Shown one piece after another: positions 49,129-59,849 of a DNA stretch of 64,000 nt. Position numbers and translations under genes: made by a program. The stretch is from Candidatus Methanomethylophilaceae archaeon (GTDB lineage Archaea; Thermoplasmatota; Thermoplasmata; Methanomassiliicoccales; Methanomethylophilaceae). The notes below the pieces were generated by a model. It was not told the origin of the DNA, did no database searches, and saw only the letters and a program-made list of their open reading frames with translations. Numbering within the stretch: the stretch's first letter is position 1; the number at the start of each line of letters is the position of its first letter. The stretch is taken from positions 128,001-192,000 of the forward strand of contig CALUHR010000003.1 in the NCBI GenBank assembly GCA_944320495.1. Direction: 5' to 3'.

Positions 49129-50609
49129 GCCAGGAGCTTCATCTGCCATGATACCGCCATCCTGATCCTCATCATGAGCGTGCTCCTGCCGTACTCCTCG
49201 CAGGAGTACTCGGTGCTCCTCTCCAGGTCCGCCAGGAACTGGTCCGCCGCCTGGGCGTTGAGCCTGCGGGAGTACATCATGACGTTCGTCTCGAAGTTCA
49301 GGGTCAGGGACCTGTGGTCCAGGTTGGCCGACCCCACGGAGACGCACATGTCGTCCATCAGGATCATCTTCTCGTGGACGAAGCCGTCGTTGTATCTGAA
49401 GACCCTCACGCCCGACTTCATCAGCTCGTTCGCGCAGGTCAGATTGTTCCAGAAGAGGAAGATGTGGTCCTTCTTGTCGGGTATGAGTATCCTGACGTCC
49501 ACCCCCGACCTGGCCGCGTTGGCCAGGGCGACCATCATCGAGTCGTCCGGGGACAGGTACGGGGTGGTAACGTAGAGGCGCCTGCGGGCGTTGACGATCA
49601 TCGAGAGGTACTGCATCTGGACCGGGTTGTTCGGCATGGTGTCCGGACCGCCGGAGACGAGCTGCATCCTGTCCCTGCCCCCGGTTCCGGCGAAGTCTAT
49701 GTCCATGTAGTGCTCCACCGGGCGGAGCGGATCCCTCTTGGCGCAGTACTGCCAGTCGGCGCAGAAGCGGATCATCATCGGCAGGATGCCCTCGCCGACC
49801 ACCTTCACGGTCGCGTCCCTCCAGTGGCCCAGCGGCCCCTCGCCGCGGTACTCGTCCCCGATGTTGAAACCTCCGCAATAGGCCATGGAGCCGTCGATGA
49901 TGGCGATCTTCCTGTGGTTGCGGTTGTTCTTCTTCGGGCTGAGGAGCAGGTTGAGGGAGGAGTGGAAGGTGGCGTAATGGCCTCCAGCGTTCCTGAACCT
50001 GAAGATGCCCTCCTTCGGACCCTTCCCGATGCCGAAGGCGTCCGTCAGCAGACGGACCTCGACGCCCTCGCGGACCTTGGATATCAAGAGGTCCATGAGC
50101 GCGTTGCCGTCGTGGTCGTTGCGTATGATGTAATACTCGATGAGGATCGACTTCCTCGCGTTCGCGATGTCCCTCATCATGTCGTTGAACAGCGGCTCCC
50201 CCTCGGTGTACAGGGTGATGTCGTTGTTTGCGGAGTACGGCCATGCGCCTGCGTTCTCCAGGGACTTGGCCATGTGGAAGATGTCCGCCCTGTCCGGATG
50301 CGCCGCGTAGTCCTCCTCGATGCGACCCCTCTGCCACTGGTAGGCCCTCATCATCTGGGTGTCGGTGATGTTCTTGGGGGTGAACCTGTAGCGGTTGTAG
50401 AACGTCGCGCCCATGTAGAGATACAGGATGAAGCCCACGGGCGGGAGGAAGATCAGCAGGATCAGCCAGGTCACGAACACGCGGGGATCGTACTTCTCGA
50501 GGAAGAGCATGATGAAGATGGCCACTATGTCCAGTACGACGAAAAGCATGACGAGGTCCGAGAACACGTTGGTCACGGACAGTACATCATCGACGGTGAC
50601 CTCTTCCAC
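49125..50609 (-). CDS. cls: Cardiolipin synthase (phospholipase D family)
   Basis: N-terminal TMs, two HKD motifs (RNHRKIAIID; HEKMILMD...GSANLD). Confidence 0.93.
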   Translation of the reverse strand: MEEVTVDDVLSVTNVFSDLVMLFVVLDIVAIFIMLFLEKYDPRVFVTWLILLIFLPPVGFILYLYMGATFYNRYRFTPKNITDTQMMRAYQWQRGRIEEDYAAHPDRADIFHMAKSLENAGAWPYSANNDITLYTEGEPLFNDMMRDIANARKSILIEYYIIRNDHDGNALMDLLISKVREGVEVRLLTDAFGIGKGPKEGIFRFRNAGGHYATFHSSLNLLLSPKKNNRNHRKIAIIDGSMAYCGGFNIGDEYRGEGPLGHWRDATVKVVGEGILPMMIRFCADWQYCAKRDPLRPVEHYMDIDFAGTGGRDRMQLVSGGPDTMPNNPVQMQYLSMIVNARRRLYVTTPYLSPDDSMMVALANAARSGVDVRILIPDKKDHIFLFWNNLTCANELMKSGVRVFRYNDGFVHEKMILMDDMCVSVGSANLDHRSLTLNFETNVMMYSRRLNAQAADQFLADLERSTEYSCEEYGRSTLMMRIRMAVSWQMKLLA

Positions 50610-50742
50610 GCCCGACCATCCTGGAATGAATATAAAGACGATTCCAATTTAAATCCATATTGGATTATACATCCAATCATGTCACACGTTTTCCGAAGAA
50701 CCCATCAAGAAGGTTTTTAACGAGGAGGGGAGACGACCGGCC

Positions 50743-52023
50743 ATGCGTTGCGGCGAGTGCGGCAGGGAGATCGAGGACGGGTCCAGATACTGCCCGTGGT
50801 GCGGTGCAACATCCTCCTTCATCCCCTCGGACAGGAGAAGTGGCAGGAAGCGGACAGCCATGCTGGCGGCATTCGCCGTGGTAGCGCTGGTCATCGTGGC
50901 GGCGTTCATCGCCTCCATGGACTACGACAGGACCGATGACAGGACCCTGAACCCTCAGACCCAGCCCGACGGCGGATCCACGGTGGTATTCACCGATGGA
51001 GTCTACTACGTCAGCGGCGAGGATGCGGGCCTCTTCGACTTCGAATTGACCGAAAGCGACGGGGTCAGACAGCTCGTCGTCACCCTCGACGAATCGGTCG
51101 CATCGCAGTACGGCAGCTTCACGTGGTACGTCAATGACGAGAGCAAGTGGCCGTGGGGGTACCAGCAGATCGAGAAGACGGAGCCCGTGCTCTACTGGAC
51201 CCTGAACGATGACACCGTCGGCGATTTCAGCGTCGGCGTGGTGTGCAGGGAATCCTCCGACTTCCCGTCGTTCTTCCCCGTCGGCGGCACGGAGTACTCG
51301 GTCGACGTCTCCATAGACGGGACCTACATCCAGCAGTACTCCTGGACCCACCAGGGGAAGTCCTACGAGCTCTCGGTCGACTACACCTACTCCGACTTCA
51401 TCGAGGTGTCCGGATCCAGCGGTGCGAGCCTCGCCAAGAGGATGGGGTACGGCAACGGGACCTATTCGGTCGTGACCGACTTCATCACCGTGGACGAGAC
51501 CGTCACCGAGATGGAGAAGGGCCTCTCTGAGCTGTATCTGGGCACCTACGGCGCGATGGACGCTGCCGGATACACGGAGTTCGTCCTCGCCTTCGTCCAG
51601 ACATGCTTCGGATACACATACGACAGCGTCCTCTACGGACAGCAGGAGTACTACGCGTTCCCCCTGGAGACCATACACAACGGGGGAGGGGACTGCGAGG
51701 ACACATCCATCCTGTGCGCAGCGCTCTACGAGGCCGCCGGATACGATGCCGGCGTGTTCATCATCCCCGGCCACGCGATCGCCGCGGTGGCCCTGGACGG
51801 ATTCACCCCAGCCGAGACCTCCGTCACGACGGTGTCCGTGTTCAGCTTCGATATGGACGGCAAGACCTACTACGGGTGCGAGACGACCCTCGACTACAAC
51901 ACCTACGGCATCGGCTGGATCGGCAGCGAATACGCCATCGCCGCGGACGGCACCGTGTACTGCGAGGGGGAGGCCTACAGGGACCAGGGCTACGGGCTGT
52001 ACGTCGTCAGCGAGAAGGATTGA
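50743..52023 (+). CDS. Zinc-ribbon, single-TM, transglutaminase-like surface protein
   Basis: CGECG...CPWCG ribbon, TM helix, GDCEDTSIL and PGHAI catalytic-like motifs. Confidence 0.8.
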   Translation: MRCGECGREIEDGSRYCPWCGATSSFIPSDRRSGRKRTAMLAAFAVVALVIVAAFIASMDYDRTDDRTLNPQTQPDGGSTVVFTDGVYYVSGEDAGLFDFELTESDGVRQLVVTLDESVASQYGSFTWYVNDESKWPWGYQQIEKTEPVLYWTLNDDTVGDFSVGVVCRESSDFPSFFPVGGTEYSVDVSIDGTYIQQYSWTHQGKSYELSVDYTYSDFIEVSGSSGASLAKRMGYGNGTYSVVTDFITVDETVTEMEKGLSELYLGTYGAMDAAGYTEFVLAFVQTCFGYTYDSVLYGQQEYYAFPLETIHNGGGDCEDTSILCAALYEAAGYDAGVFIIPGHAIAAVALDGFTPAETSVTTVSVFSFDMDGKTYYGCETTLDYNTYGIGWIGSEYAIAADGTVYCEGEAYRDQGYGLYVVSEKD

Positions 52024-52282
52024 TCCAAACCCCTTACCGGCCGTCCGATGGCCGGGCCCATCATCTTATCTTCACGTCTTACCTGTATAGACTCCTCACA
52101 TCTATTTGAATCTATGATTTTTCCTCATGATTCAATCGTCTAATCATCTTGTTTTCTGCCAGATATCCGTCTAAATCATCGTCTCCGAATCATTTTCTAC
52201 AATATTATACAATAACTCACAATAAAATACATTAAATAACAAAAGAGGCATCTCTAAATCACAACGAAAGAGAGAGGCGGAG

Positions 52283-53230
52283 ATGTACAGCCCAACGTTC
52301 GAAGAATCCAGGAAGTACGCATCCGAAGGATACGGCGCGATTCCGGTGTCGCGCACGATCCCGGCGGATGTCAGGACCCCGATCGAGACCCTCAGGGCGC
52401 TCATGCGCGAGGATTTCATCATAAGGGTCCATAAACTGCTTGGCATGGTTCTCGAAGAAGCCAAGCGTAAAGGGATCATCGAAATCAACGTTGTTCGTGA
52501 GAGAATGCGCACCCCCAGACATCCACGGAAATCGAAGTTGGAAGAAGACAAGAAGGCGCTCAAACCCGAGGATGTCATTGAAATCGTCCGTTGTCTGGAT
52601 GAGGAGCCGATTACATGGCGTTGCATCCTCTATACAATGGTCATCACCGGTGCTCGCAGAGGTGAAGTCTGTGCCCTGACTTGGGACAGTCTGGATTTCA
52701 AAAACAACAACATCTGGATAGACAAGGCAGTCAGACGGATGCCTCACGAAGAGTTAATCATCAAGGATCCCAAGACATTCAGTTCGGAAAGAATCGTCTA
52801 CATGACTCCGGACCTCAAGAATCTGTACGATCTCCTGAAAAAGACGCAGGGAGGACCAGCATCGGGCTTCATCTTCAAAAATCAGAGGAATCCCGAAATG
52901 CCAATGCACCCAGATTCCATCACGTCCCATCTGAAGACGTTCAGCAAGAAACATGGGATGGAGTTCTCTCCGAAGATGCTGAGAGCGTCCTTCGTATCAT
53001 TCCTGATAGCAACGCTTCATGTTGATCCTAGAACCGCACAGGACATCGTAGGACACTCGTCCATTGAAGTCACTATGGGCATCTACGCACGTTCTAACAA
53101 CGGATCCAGAGAGCTTGCACAAATTGAGATGGAAGAGTATATCCGCAACATGGTGGCGAGGAGTTCCGACGATGAATTGAATGCTCAAAATCATCCCTCT
53201 CAGGCAATATCTTGTGAAGAGTCAGAGTAA
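52283..53230 (+). mobile_element. Tyrosine integrase catalytic domain fused to a TrpE N-terminal stub (integrated-element remnant)
   Basis: TGARRGE, KDPKT, KMLRAS, VGHSS, MGIYA. The first ~43 aa resemble anthranilate synthase I. Ends 90 bp from the tRNA-Thr 3' end. Confidence 0.8.
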
Positions 53231-53320
53231 CGTTTTTCCCTGATTTTTCCCAATTTTGCCTTTAGAGTTGGAAAAAAGCAAGTAGAAACCTCTCCATATT
53301 TAAAGAGCTTAAATAAGGTA

Positions 53321-53395
53321 TGGAGCCGCCTGAGGGATTTGAACCCCCGGCCTGCTGATTACAAGTCAGCCGCTATACCCCTAAGCCAAGGCGGC
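53321..53395 (-). tRNA. tRNA-Thr(TGT)
   Basis: Reverse complement GCCGCCT...GCTGA-CTTGTAA-TCAGC...GGTTCAAATCC...AGGCGGC-T-CCA. Confidence 0.95.
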
Positions 53396-53525
53396 ACTGA
53401 GACCGCCGATGTCGGCATCGTTTAAATCCGTTTGCGCTGGATTCTCCGATTGTCTAATCGTTACCGACACCATTATATCAGAAAAAGCGTTGGGCGCGTT
53501 TAATTTAAATTAAAGGTGAATCCAA

Positions 53526-54218
53526 ATGGCAGACACCAAGAAGCTCTTCCACATCAACTACACCGCCTCCTTCGCCGACACCGAGAAGATGTTCGACACC
53601 AACATCGAGTCCGTTGCCAAAGAGAACGACCTCTACAACGAGAAGGTCACCTACGCCCCCATGCCGTACATCACCGGCTCCAAGATGTTCTTCCCCGAGG
53701 TCGACGAGGCCATCGCCAACGGAGAGGTCGGAAAGGAGATCGAGATCACCGTCCCCTGCGAGAAGGCCGCCGGAGCCAGGAACCCCAAGAACATCGAGCT
53801 CCACGCCCTGAAGGACTTCTACAAGAACGAGATCAACCCCTACCCCGGCATGCCCGTCTCCCTCGGCAACCGCACCGGAGTCGTCATGTCCGTCGGAGCC
53901 GGCCGTGTCAAGGTCGACTTCAACAGCCCCCTCGCCGGCCACGACATCACCTACAAGGTGACCATCGTCGACGAGATCACCGATGCCGTCGAGAAGGCCA
54001 AGGCCATCATGGGCATCCACTTCACCGCCGCCGACGACTTCGGCTACGCCGTCATGGAGGACAAGGTCGTCATCACCGAGGCCGACGTCTGCAAGTTCCA
54101 CGAGTCCTGGCCCATCGCCAAGTACTCCCTGGTCAGCGACTACCGCAACGTCTTCGGTGTCGACCGCGTCGAGTTCGTCCAGGTCTGGGAGACCGCCAAG
54201 AAGCCCGAGACCGAGTGA
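53526..54218 (+). CDS. slyD: FKBP-type peptidyl-prolyl isomerase (long archaeal SlyD-like)
   Basis: INYTA...FDTN, VKVDFNSPLAGHDITY, IF insert domain. Confidence 0.88.
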   Translation: MADTKKLFHINYTASFADTEKMFDTNIESVAKENDLYNEKVTYAPMPYITGSKMFFPEVDEAIANGEVGKEIEITVPCEKAAGARNPKNIELHALKDFYKNEINPYPGMPVSLGNRTGVVMSVGAGRVKVDFNSPLAGHDITYKVTIVDEITDAVEKAKAIMGIHFTAADDFGYAVMEDKVVITEADVCKFHESWPIAKYSLVSDYRNVFGVDRVEFVQVWETAKKPETE

Positions 54219-54225
54219 TTCTCAA

Positions 54226-54247
54226 CCAGGGGCCTCCGGGCCCCTGG
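54226..54247. terminator. 9-bp GC hairpin between convergent genes
   Basis: CCAGGGGCC-TCCG-GGCCCCTGG. Confidence 0.55.
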
Positions 54248-54289
54248 CCCCAAACACCTTGACCTTGATTTCTGAAAAATTAAAACGGC

Positions 54290-54769
54290 TCACTCCTGCG
54301 TGAACCTGACATCCGAGACGGGACCCTTGCGCAGGGCCCCGTTGATCTCGGATTCCATCCTGTCCGCGAATCTGCCCTCGTACACGACCTCGATACTCCG
54401 CAACCTTACGGAGTCCATCGGCAGAGGTACGTTGCCCCCACAGCCCGTGTACGCATCCAACATGTTTGACAGCCGCTCAACGGCCTTCCTGACCCTATCG
54501 GGGACGGTCCCATGCTCCGGCGACATCCTGATCTCGAGACACTCCGAGCGGAGAATCTCATCCATGACGTCCGTGAACTGATCCTCTATCTCGCATCTGC
54601 CCTTGTGATCAGTCAGGCACTTGACGCAGCCCCTGCATCTGCGTATGCGAAGGGTACTCAGATCCGCATCGCAGGGCTTCCCCGGGGAATCCGCGAGCAC
54701 GAAGCGTTCACCGTCCATGACCGGTGGATGGTTTCCCGCGATATCTTCATTTCCATGGCAGCACCGCAT
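54290..54769 (-). CDS. Flavodoxin/NADPH-FMN reductase-like protein (degenerate)
   Basis: IRRCRGCVKC...GRCEIEDQF motif of iron-sulfur flavoproteins; start uncertain. Confidence 0.6.
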   Translation of the reverse strand: MRCCHGNEDIAGNHPPVMDGERFVLADSPGKPCDADLSTLRIRRCRGCVKCLTDHKGRCEIEDQFTDVMDEILRSECLEIRMSPEHGTVPDRVRKAVERLSNMLDAYTGCGGNVPLPMDSVRLRSIEVVYEGRFADRMESEINGALRKGPVSDVRFTQE

Positions 54770-54779
54770 CCGGACCGCT

Positions 54780-54926
54780 TCAGTCGAAGTACGCGAGGAT
54801 TGAGTTGATCCCGCTGTTGGTGTTCACGTTCCTGGATCCGCGTCCGGCGGGACGCCTGCGGAAGTCCCTCTCACTGAAGCGCTGGGTGGGCTTGGGTATG
54901 ATCAGTGTCTGCTGGTAGTATGCCAT
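54780..54926 (-). CDS. 48-aa basic small protein (MAYYQQTLIIPKPTQRFSERDFRRRPAGRGSRNVNTNSGINSILAYFD)
   Basis: CAGGAG RBS, host-like codons, AT-rich promoter-like region near 54975-55035. Confidence 0.55.
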   Translation of the reverse strand: MAYYQQTLIIPKPTQRFSERDFRRRPAGRGSRNVNTNSGINSILAYFD

Positions 54927-55106
54927 TTCCGTTCTCCTGCGGCCGTCAGGGCCGCGATATGACATTCCCCGGACACTATAATAACTGCTGGCTGTAATCT
55001 TGGTAATACTTGTAATATTAGTTAATTCTGTAATTCGCATGGATTGACAGGATATGGCTCACGCTGGGGGAATCTGAACGAAAGAAGAATGTCCGGGAAC
55101 CGGATG

Positions 55107-55937
55107 TCACTCGTCGGTGTAGAAGGTCCCGATGATGTTGCGGCCCTCGTCGGTGAGCACGTAGCGGGAGCGGCGATCGTCCTTCTCCGCCCAGCCGAAC
55201 TTCACCCATTTGGATATGAAGTCCCTCTGATAGTACACGGCCTCGGTCTGCCTCTGGTTGGACTTGATATCCTTTCCGCGGGATTCGGTATCCCTGTACC
55301 AGAGACCTGCCTCCTTCAGGGCAGCGACCATCTTGCCGCTGGTGACCGAGTCTCCGGCATCGTTCCTCTGGCTGAGGATCCTGAGACCGCGGACCAGATG
55401 CTCCTCCGGCATCTCTATGACATAGCTGGGGAGCGTGCGAGGATCGTATGTGGACTTGGTGAGCCCGACGGGCTTCCCGTCCAGATAGTACACTTCGGGT
55501 ATCCTCTCGGTGGGGACGGTGTACTCTTTCGATCCCACTGAGAACGGAATCGTGCCCGGTACCATCATGGACGCGATGGCCGAGGCAGCGGCATATTCCG
55601 GCGAACCGGCGGAGATATTGACATAAATCTCGCAGCCGTCCTCAGAGGAGTTCTCTTCCTGGATGATGGAGAGGACCGTGCGGAGCATCGTGGAGAAGTC
55701 GCTGACGCGCTCGTTGTGGTCGACGATCTCTATCGGAAGAGGGGACTCATTCTCGAGCAGCTCCTTGACGCGATTGCAGAAACTGTCGTAGACCTTTCCG
55801 CTCTCAGAGGCCGGATCCTTCACATAATGGATTATGTGGACCTTGTTGACCTCGTAGTAGAGAGATGGCTCCACGACCTTCGAGGTCTCGAAGGTCACGC
55901 ATGCTACCATGATCCTCTTCTTGCGGCCAGACGGCAA
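55107..55937 (-). CDS. DUF6293/CARF-like Rossmann domain plus winged-HTH regulator
   Basis: VACVTFET...VHIIHY...IYVNISAGS...ASM; C-terminal wHTH (..VLTDEGR). TTG start inferred. Confidence 0.78.
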   Translation of the reverse strand: MPSGRKKRIMVACVTFETSKVVEPSLYYEVNKVHIIHYVKDPASESGKVYDSFCNRVKELLENESPLPIEIVDHNERVSDFSTMLRTVLSIIQEENSSEDGCEIYVNISAGSPEYAAASAIASMMVPGTIPFSVGSKEYTVPTERIPEVYYLDGKPVGLTKSTYDPRTLPSYVIEMPEEHLVRGLRILSQRNDAGDSVTSGKMVAALKEAGLWYRDTESRGKDIKSNQRQTEAVYYQRDFISKWVKFGWAEKDDRRSRYVLTDEGRNIIGTFYTDE

Positions 55938-56232
55938 AGTACATCCCGATTTGAGCATGAAACTAATGATATAAATAACTCTCATTACAGGAAGAACTTG
56001 GATAACGAGCATTATCCATCAATCACATATTACGAAGATAACTTGCGATAGTTTAATAATATGGAGAGAAATCACTGTGCCAGTACCTCTCCCCGAGGTG
56101 CCAAGGGTAGCCCCATCCCAAGGAGCGGCTCATGAAAAGCAGGCCGGGGATCGAATCTTTTCGCATCTCCATCCATCAGATTCCCGGCCGACCCAAATCC
56201 TTATATCCAACATCGTTATCGCTCGTCTCAAC

Positions 56233-56310
56233 GGACGGGTGGCCTAGTCTGGATATGGCGGCAGCCTCCTAAGCTGCAAGCCGGGGGTTCGAATCCCCTC
56301 CCGTTCGCCA
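56233..56310 (+). tRNA. tRNA-Arg(CCT)
   Basis: GGACGGG/CCCGTTC acceptor, GCAGC-CTCCTAA-GCTGC anticodon arm, GGTTCGAATCC, encoded CCA. Confidence 0.95.
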
Positions 56311-56739
56311 TTTATCCCATCATATTGCGACCAGCGTGAGTTCTGCACCCTCAATCGCTACGAACAAGGATTCATCGTCACGCATGTACGCACAATGCTG
56401 GCAACACGCACCTTAGTACAACCGAGGACGGCATTGTGCATTGAGATTCCTGGATCAAGCTCATTGGGATCGACCAGACGGTAGTCGCCGAAAGTAACCT
56501 CTCTGACAAACACCGCGACATTCCCGGCCCCATCATTTAGCCGTGACAGAAGAGAGGAATCGAAGTGCCAGACTGCGCAAGTAGGACACGCCCTGCCGCA
56601 TCCCCATAGAATATGTGTCTCAATATAGACAACATATGTCACATCCTAACACATCTGGTCGTAGACAAACGCATTGTCGGATTCCTATTATATGCCATAT
56701 CGAGGGATAGCCAGATAACCAGAACATCCGGTTGGTATA

Positions 56740-58989
56740 ATGGAAAAAAGGCAACTGATAGCGATCGTCGCCGTCATGTCGGTGATATGCCTCCTGGGGA
56801 CATCCCTGTGCATATCATCCGATGTGGAGGCTGATGACGGAAGGACCCTGATAGTCGAGACGAGTCCAGACTTCGCTCCCTTCGACTACCAGGTCGGCAA
56901 GGAATATGCCGGCATAGACATGGACATAGTCCGTGCCGTGTGCAACGACATGGGATGCAAGGTCGAATTCAGGACCAACACCTTCGACTCCATCCTCATG
57001 TCCGTGCCGTCCGGCAAGTGCGACATCGGCGCATCCGGTTTCAGCATCAACCCCGACAGGGAGAAGCAGGTCGATTTCTCGCTCCCCTATGCGGAGATCA
57101 ACCAGGTGGTCGTCGCACCCAAGGACACGACCATCCAGACCAAGGAGGATCTCGAGGGGAAGATCATCTCTGTCCAGAACGGCACCACCGGCGCTGACTA
57201 CGCGGCGGAGCGCTACTCCACTAGCAACATAAAATTCCAGAAGACGTACTCGGACGTCCTCCTGGATCTGAACACCGGCAAGGCCGATGCGGAGATCGTC
57301 GACAGCACAGTCGCCCTCGCCCAGTGCGCGGCGAACCCCAACCTCACAGTCCTCGACATCCTCGACGACTCCCCCGTCGAGCAGTATGGATTCATCTTCT
57401 CCAAGGAGAACACCGCTCTGCGCGACGAGTTCAACGAGTCTCTCCAGCACATCATGGACAACGGTCTGTACGACATGATCATGGAGTACTACGAGGACAA
57501 CGGATACTCCGCTGACACCCCCTCGTTCTTCACCACCAAGGGCACCCTCGTCGTCGAGACCAGCCCCGACTTCCCGCCGTTCGACAACATGCACGGCCAG
57601 GAGTACGTAGGCATCGACATGGACATCATGAGGGCCATCGGGTACCAGATCGGCTACAACATCGAGTTCAGGCAGAACACCTTCGACTCCATCGTCCTCT
57701 CCGTCCAGCAGGGCAAGTGCGACGTCGGGGCCTCCGGATTCACCATCGACGACGACAGGAAGGAGCAGGTCGACTTCTCCACCCCGTACGCCGAGATCCA
57801 CCAGGTCCTCGTCGTGAAGGAGAGCACGAATATCGAATCCAAGGAGGATCTGAAAGGCAAGACGGTCACATCCCAGCTCGGATCCAGTGGAGCCCAATAC
57901 GCGACTGATCATCTTCCGGGCACCAACCTGGTGGCGCAGAAGGACTACACCACCGCGCTGCTGGACGTCATCAGCGGCAAAGCCATCGCCGAGGTCGTCG
58001 ACAGCACCGTGGCCGAGGCCCAGGTCGCCGCGAACGACGGACTGAAGATCCTCGACATCCTCGACGACGCCGAGACCGAGTACTACGGACTCATCTTCCA
58101 AAAGGGGGACACCGCGACCTACAACCTGGTCAACGACGCCCTTGAGAAGCTCATCGAGAACGGCACCGTCGACAAGATCATCAACTACTACTCGTCGCAC
58201 ATCGGCGAGGACGTCGCCTCATTCTACAGCGGAGATGCCGCCAGGGATGACACGGACGGAGACGATACTGACAAGGACGACGAGGAGGAAGAGGACGTCG
58301 GATGGTGGCAGGAGCTCAAGGACCGCTTCCACAACGACTTCCTGAAGAACGACCGTTACCTGTACATCTTCGAGGGTCTGAAGAACACCCTCATCATCAC
58401 CGTCATTGCCCTCATCATCGGTCTGATCATCGGGTCCGTGGTCGCCATGGTCCGTAGCACCCACGACATGACGGGGAAGCTGAAGATCCTCAACGCGATA
58501 TGCCATGTGTACATCACGGTCATACGCGGGACCCCTGTGATGGTCCAGCTGCTGCTGATCTACTATGTGGTGTTCGCCACGTCGGACCAGGGCATATTGA
58601 TAGCATCGGTGGCGTTCGGAGTGAACTCGGGAGCGTACGTGGCCGAGGTGGTCCGTTCAGGCATAACCGCCGTCCCGAAGGGACAGATGGAGGCCTGCAG
58701 AAGCCTCGGTATGAACAACAGGATGTCGATGACCAACGTCATCCTCCCGCAGGCGATCAGGAACATCACACCCGCCATCGGTAACGAGGGTATCTCCCTG
58801 CTCAAGGAGACCTCCGTCGCCGGTTATATAGGACTCATGGACCTGACCAGGGGAGCGGACATCATCAGAGGACAGACCTACGACGCGCTGCTGCCGATCC
58901 TGGTCGCTGCCGCCATCTATCTGGCCATAGTCCTCGTGCTGACATATGTGATCAGAAGAGTCGAGAAGAGGTTGAACGATGCCTACTGA
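56740..58989 (+). CDS. Polar amino acid ABC transporter: two substrate-binding domains fused to permease
   Basis: Duplicated [10 protein letters not shown]...GIDMDI domains, acidic linker, [29 protein letters not shown]. Confidence 0.93.
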   Translation: MEKRQLIAIVAVMSVICLLGTSLCISSDVEADDGRTLIVETSPDFAPFDYQVGKEYAGIDMDIVRAVCNDMGCKVEFRTNTFDSILMSVPSGKCDIGASGFSINPDREKQVDFSLPYAEINQVVVAPKDTTIQTKEDLEGKIISVQNGTTGADYAAERYSTSNIKFQKTYSDVLLDLNTGKADAEIVDSTVALAQCAANPNLTVLDILDDSPVEQYGFIFSKENTALRDEFNESLQHIMDNGLYDMIMEYYEDNGYSADTPSFFTTKGTLVVETSPDFPPFDNMHGQEYVGIDMDIMRAIGYQIGYNIEFRQNTFDSIVLSVQQGKCDVGASGFTIDDDRKEQVDFSTPYAEIHQVLVVKESTNIESKEDLKGKTVTSQLGSSGAQYATDHLPGTNLVAQKDYTTALLDVISGKAIAEVVDSTVAEAQVAANDGLKILDILDDAETEYYGLIFQKGDTATYNLVNDALEKLIENGTVDKIINYYSSHIGEDVASFYSGDAARDDTDGDDTDKDDEEEEDVGWWQELKDRFHNDFLKNDRYLYIFEGLKNTLIITVIALIIGLIIGSVVAMVRSTHDMTGKLKILNAICHVYITVIRGTPVMVQLLLIYYVVFATSDQGILIASVAFGVNSGAYVAEVVRSGITAVPKGQMEACRSLGMNNRMSMTNVILPQAIRNITPAIGNEGISLLKETSVAGYIGLMDLTRGADIIRGQTYDALLPILVAAAIYLAIVLVLTYVIRRVEKRLNDAY

Positions 58990-59722
58990 CGGAGAAGTCC
59001 TGATAGAGGTGAGGAACCTCGAGAAGTCCTTCGGTGACCACCAGGTCCTGAAGGACATCAGCCTGGACGTGCACAAAGGAGAGGTCATCTCCATCATCGG
59101 GCCGTCCGGATGCGGGAAGTCCACCTTCCTGAGATCCATCAACCTGCTGGAGAGGCCAACGGGCGGAAGCATAGTGTTCGAGGGTGTGGACATCCTCGAC
59201 CCGAAGACCGACGTGGACCTGCTCCGCCGCAAGATCGGCATGGTGTTCCAGAGCTTCAACCTCTTCCCGCACAAGAAGGTGAAGGAGAACATCATGCTCG
59301 CCCCTGTCAAGCTGAAGCTCATGACCGAGGAGGAGGCCTCCGCGAAGGCGGACGAGCTCCTCAGGAGGATCGGCCTCCTGGACAAGGCGGACCAGTACCC
59401 CTCGAGGCTGTCCGGCGGACAGCAGCAGCGTGTGGCCATCGCCAGGGCGCTCGCCATGAACCCGGACGTCATGCTCTTCGACGAACCGACGTCGGCGCTG
59501 GACCCCGAGATGGTCGGGGAGGTCCTGAAGATCATCAAGGACCTGGCGGACTCGGGCATGACCATGATCGTGGTCACCCATGAGATGGGATTCGCCAGGG
59601 AGATCTCCGACAGGGTGCTGTTCTTCAACGACGGCATCATCGCCGAGGAGAACACCCCGGAGGAGTTCTTCGGGAACCCGCAGAACGAGCGTCTCAAGGA
59701 CTTCCTGTCCAAGATACTCTGA
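58979..59722 (+). CDS. glnQ: Polar amino acid ABC transporter ATP-binding protein
   Basis: [45 protein letters not shown]. Confidence 0.93.
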   Translation: MPTDGEVLIEVRNLEKSFGDHQVLKDISLDVHKGEVISIIGPSGCGKSTFLRSINLLERPTGGSIVFEGVDILDPKTDVDLLRRKIGMVFQSFNLFPHKKVKENIMLAPVKLKLMTEEEASAKADELLRRIGLLDKADQYPSRLSGGQQQRVAIARALAMNPDVMLFDEPTSALDPEMVGEVLKIIKDLADSGMTMIVVTHEMGFAREISDRVLFFNDGIIAEENTPEEFFGNPQNERLKDFLSKIL

Positions 59723-59849
59723 ACAAACCGAGGGGGCGACCCCTCATTCCAAATTATCCCACATTTTACAATAGATCGTAGACAGCACATCCGGAAAACC
59801 GCTAGGAATCGATGGCCGGGTCTTGTGACCCGGCACGATTTGGATGGTT

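Noticed and set aside
48088-50337. 749-aa ORF suggesting a cls-oxidoreductase fusion
   Set aside because: The upstream part is an alternative frame of cls; the real gene starts at MTYDVAVVG (49128) via ATGA coupling.
56060-56220. Possible stem (GCCGGGGA...TTCCCGGC) upstream of tRNA-Arg as an ncRNA
   Set aside because: Single short stem with no resemblance to SRP, RNase P or riboswitch consensus.
56358-56642. 94-aa ORF in AT-rich DNA after tRNA-Arg, possible integrated-element remnant
   Set aside because: No recognisable motif, RBS, integrase or att duplication; cannot support a call.
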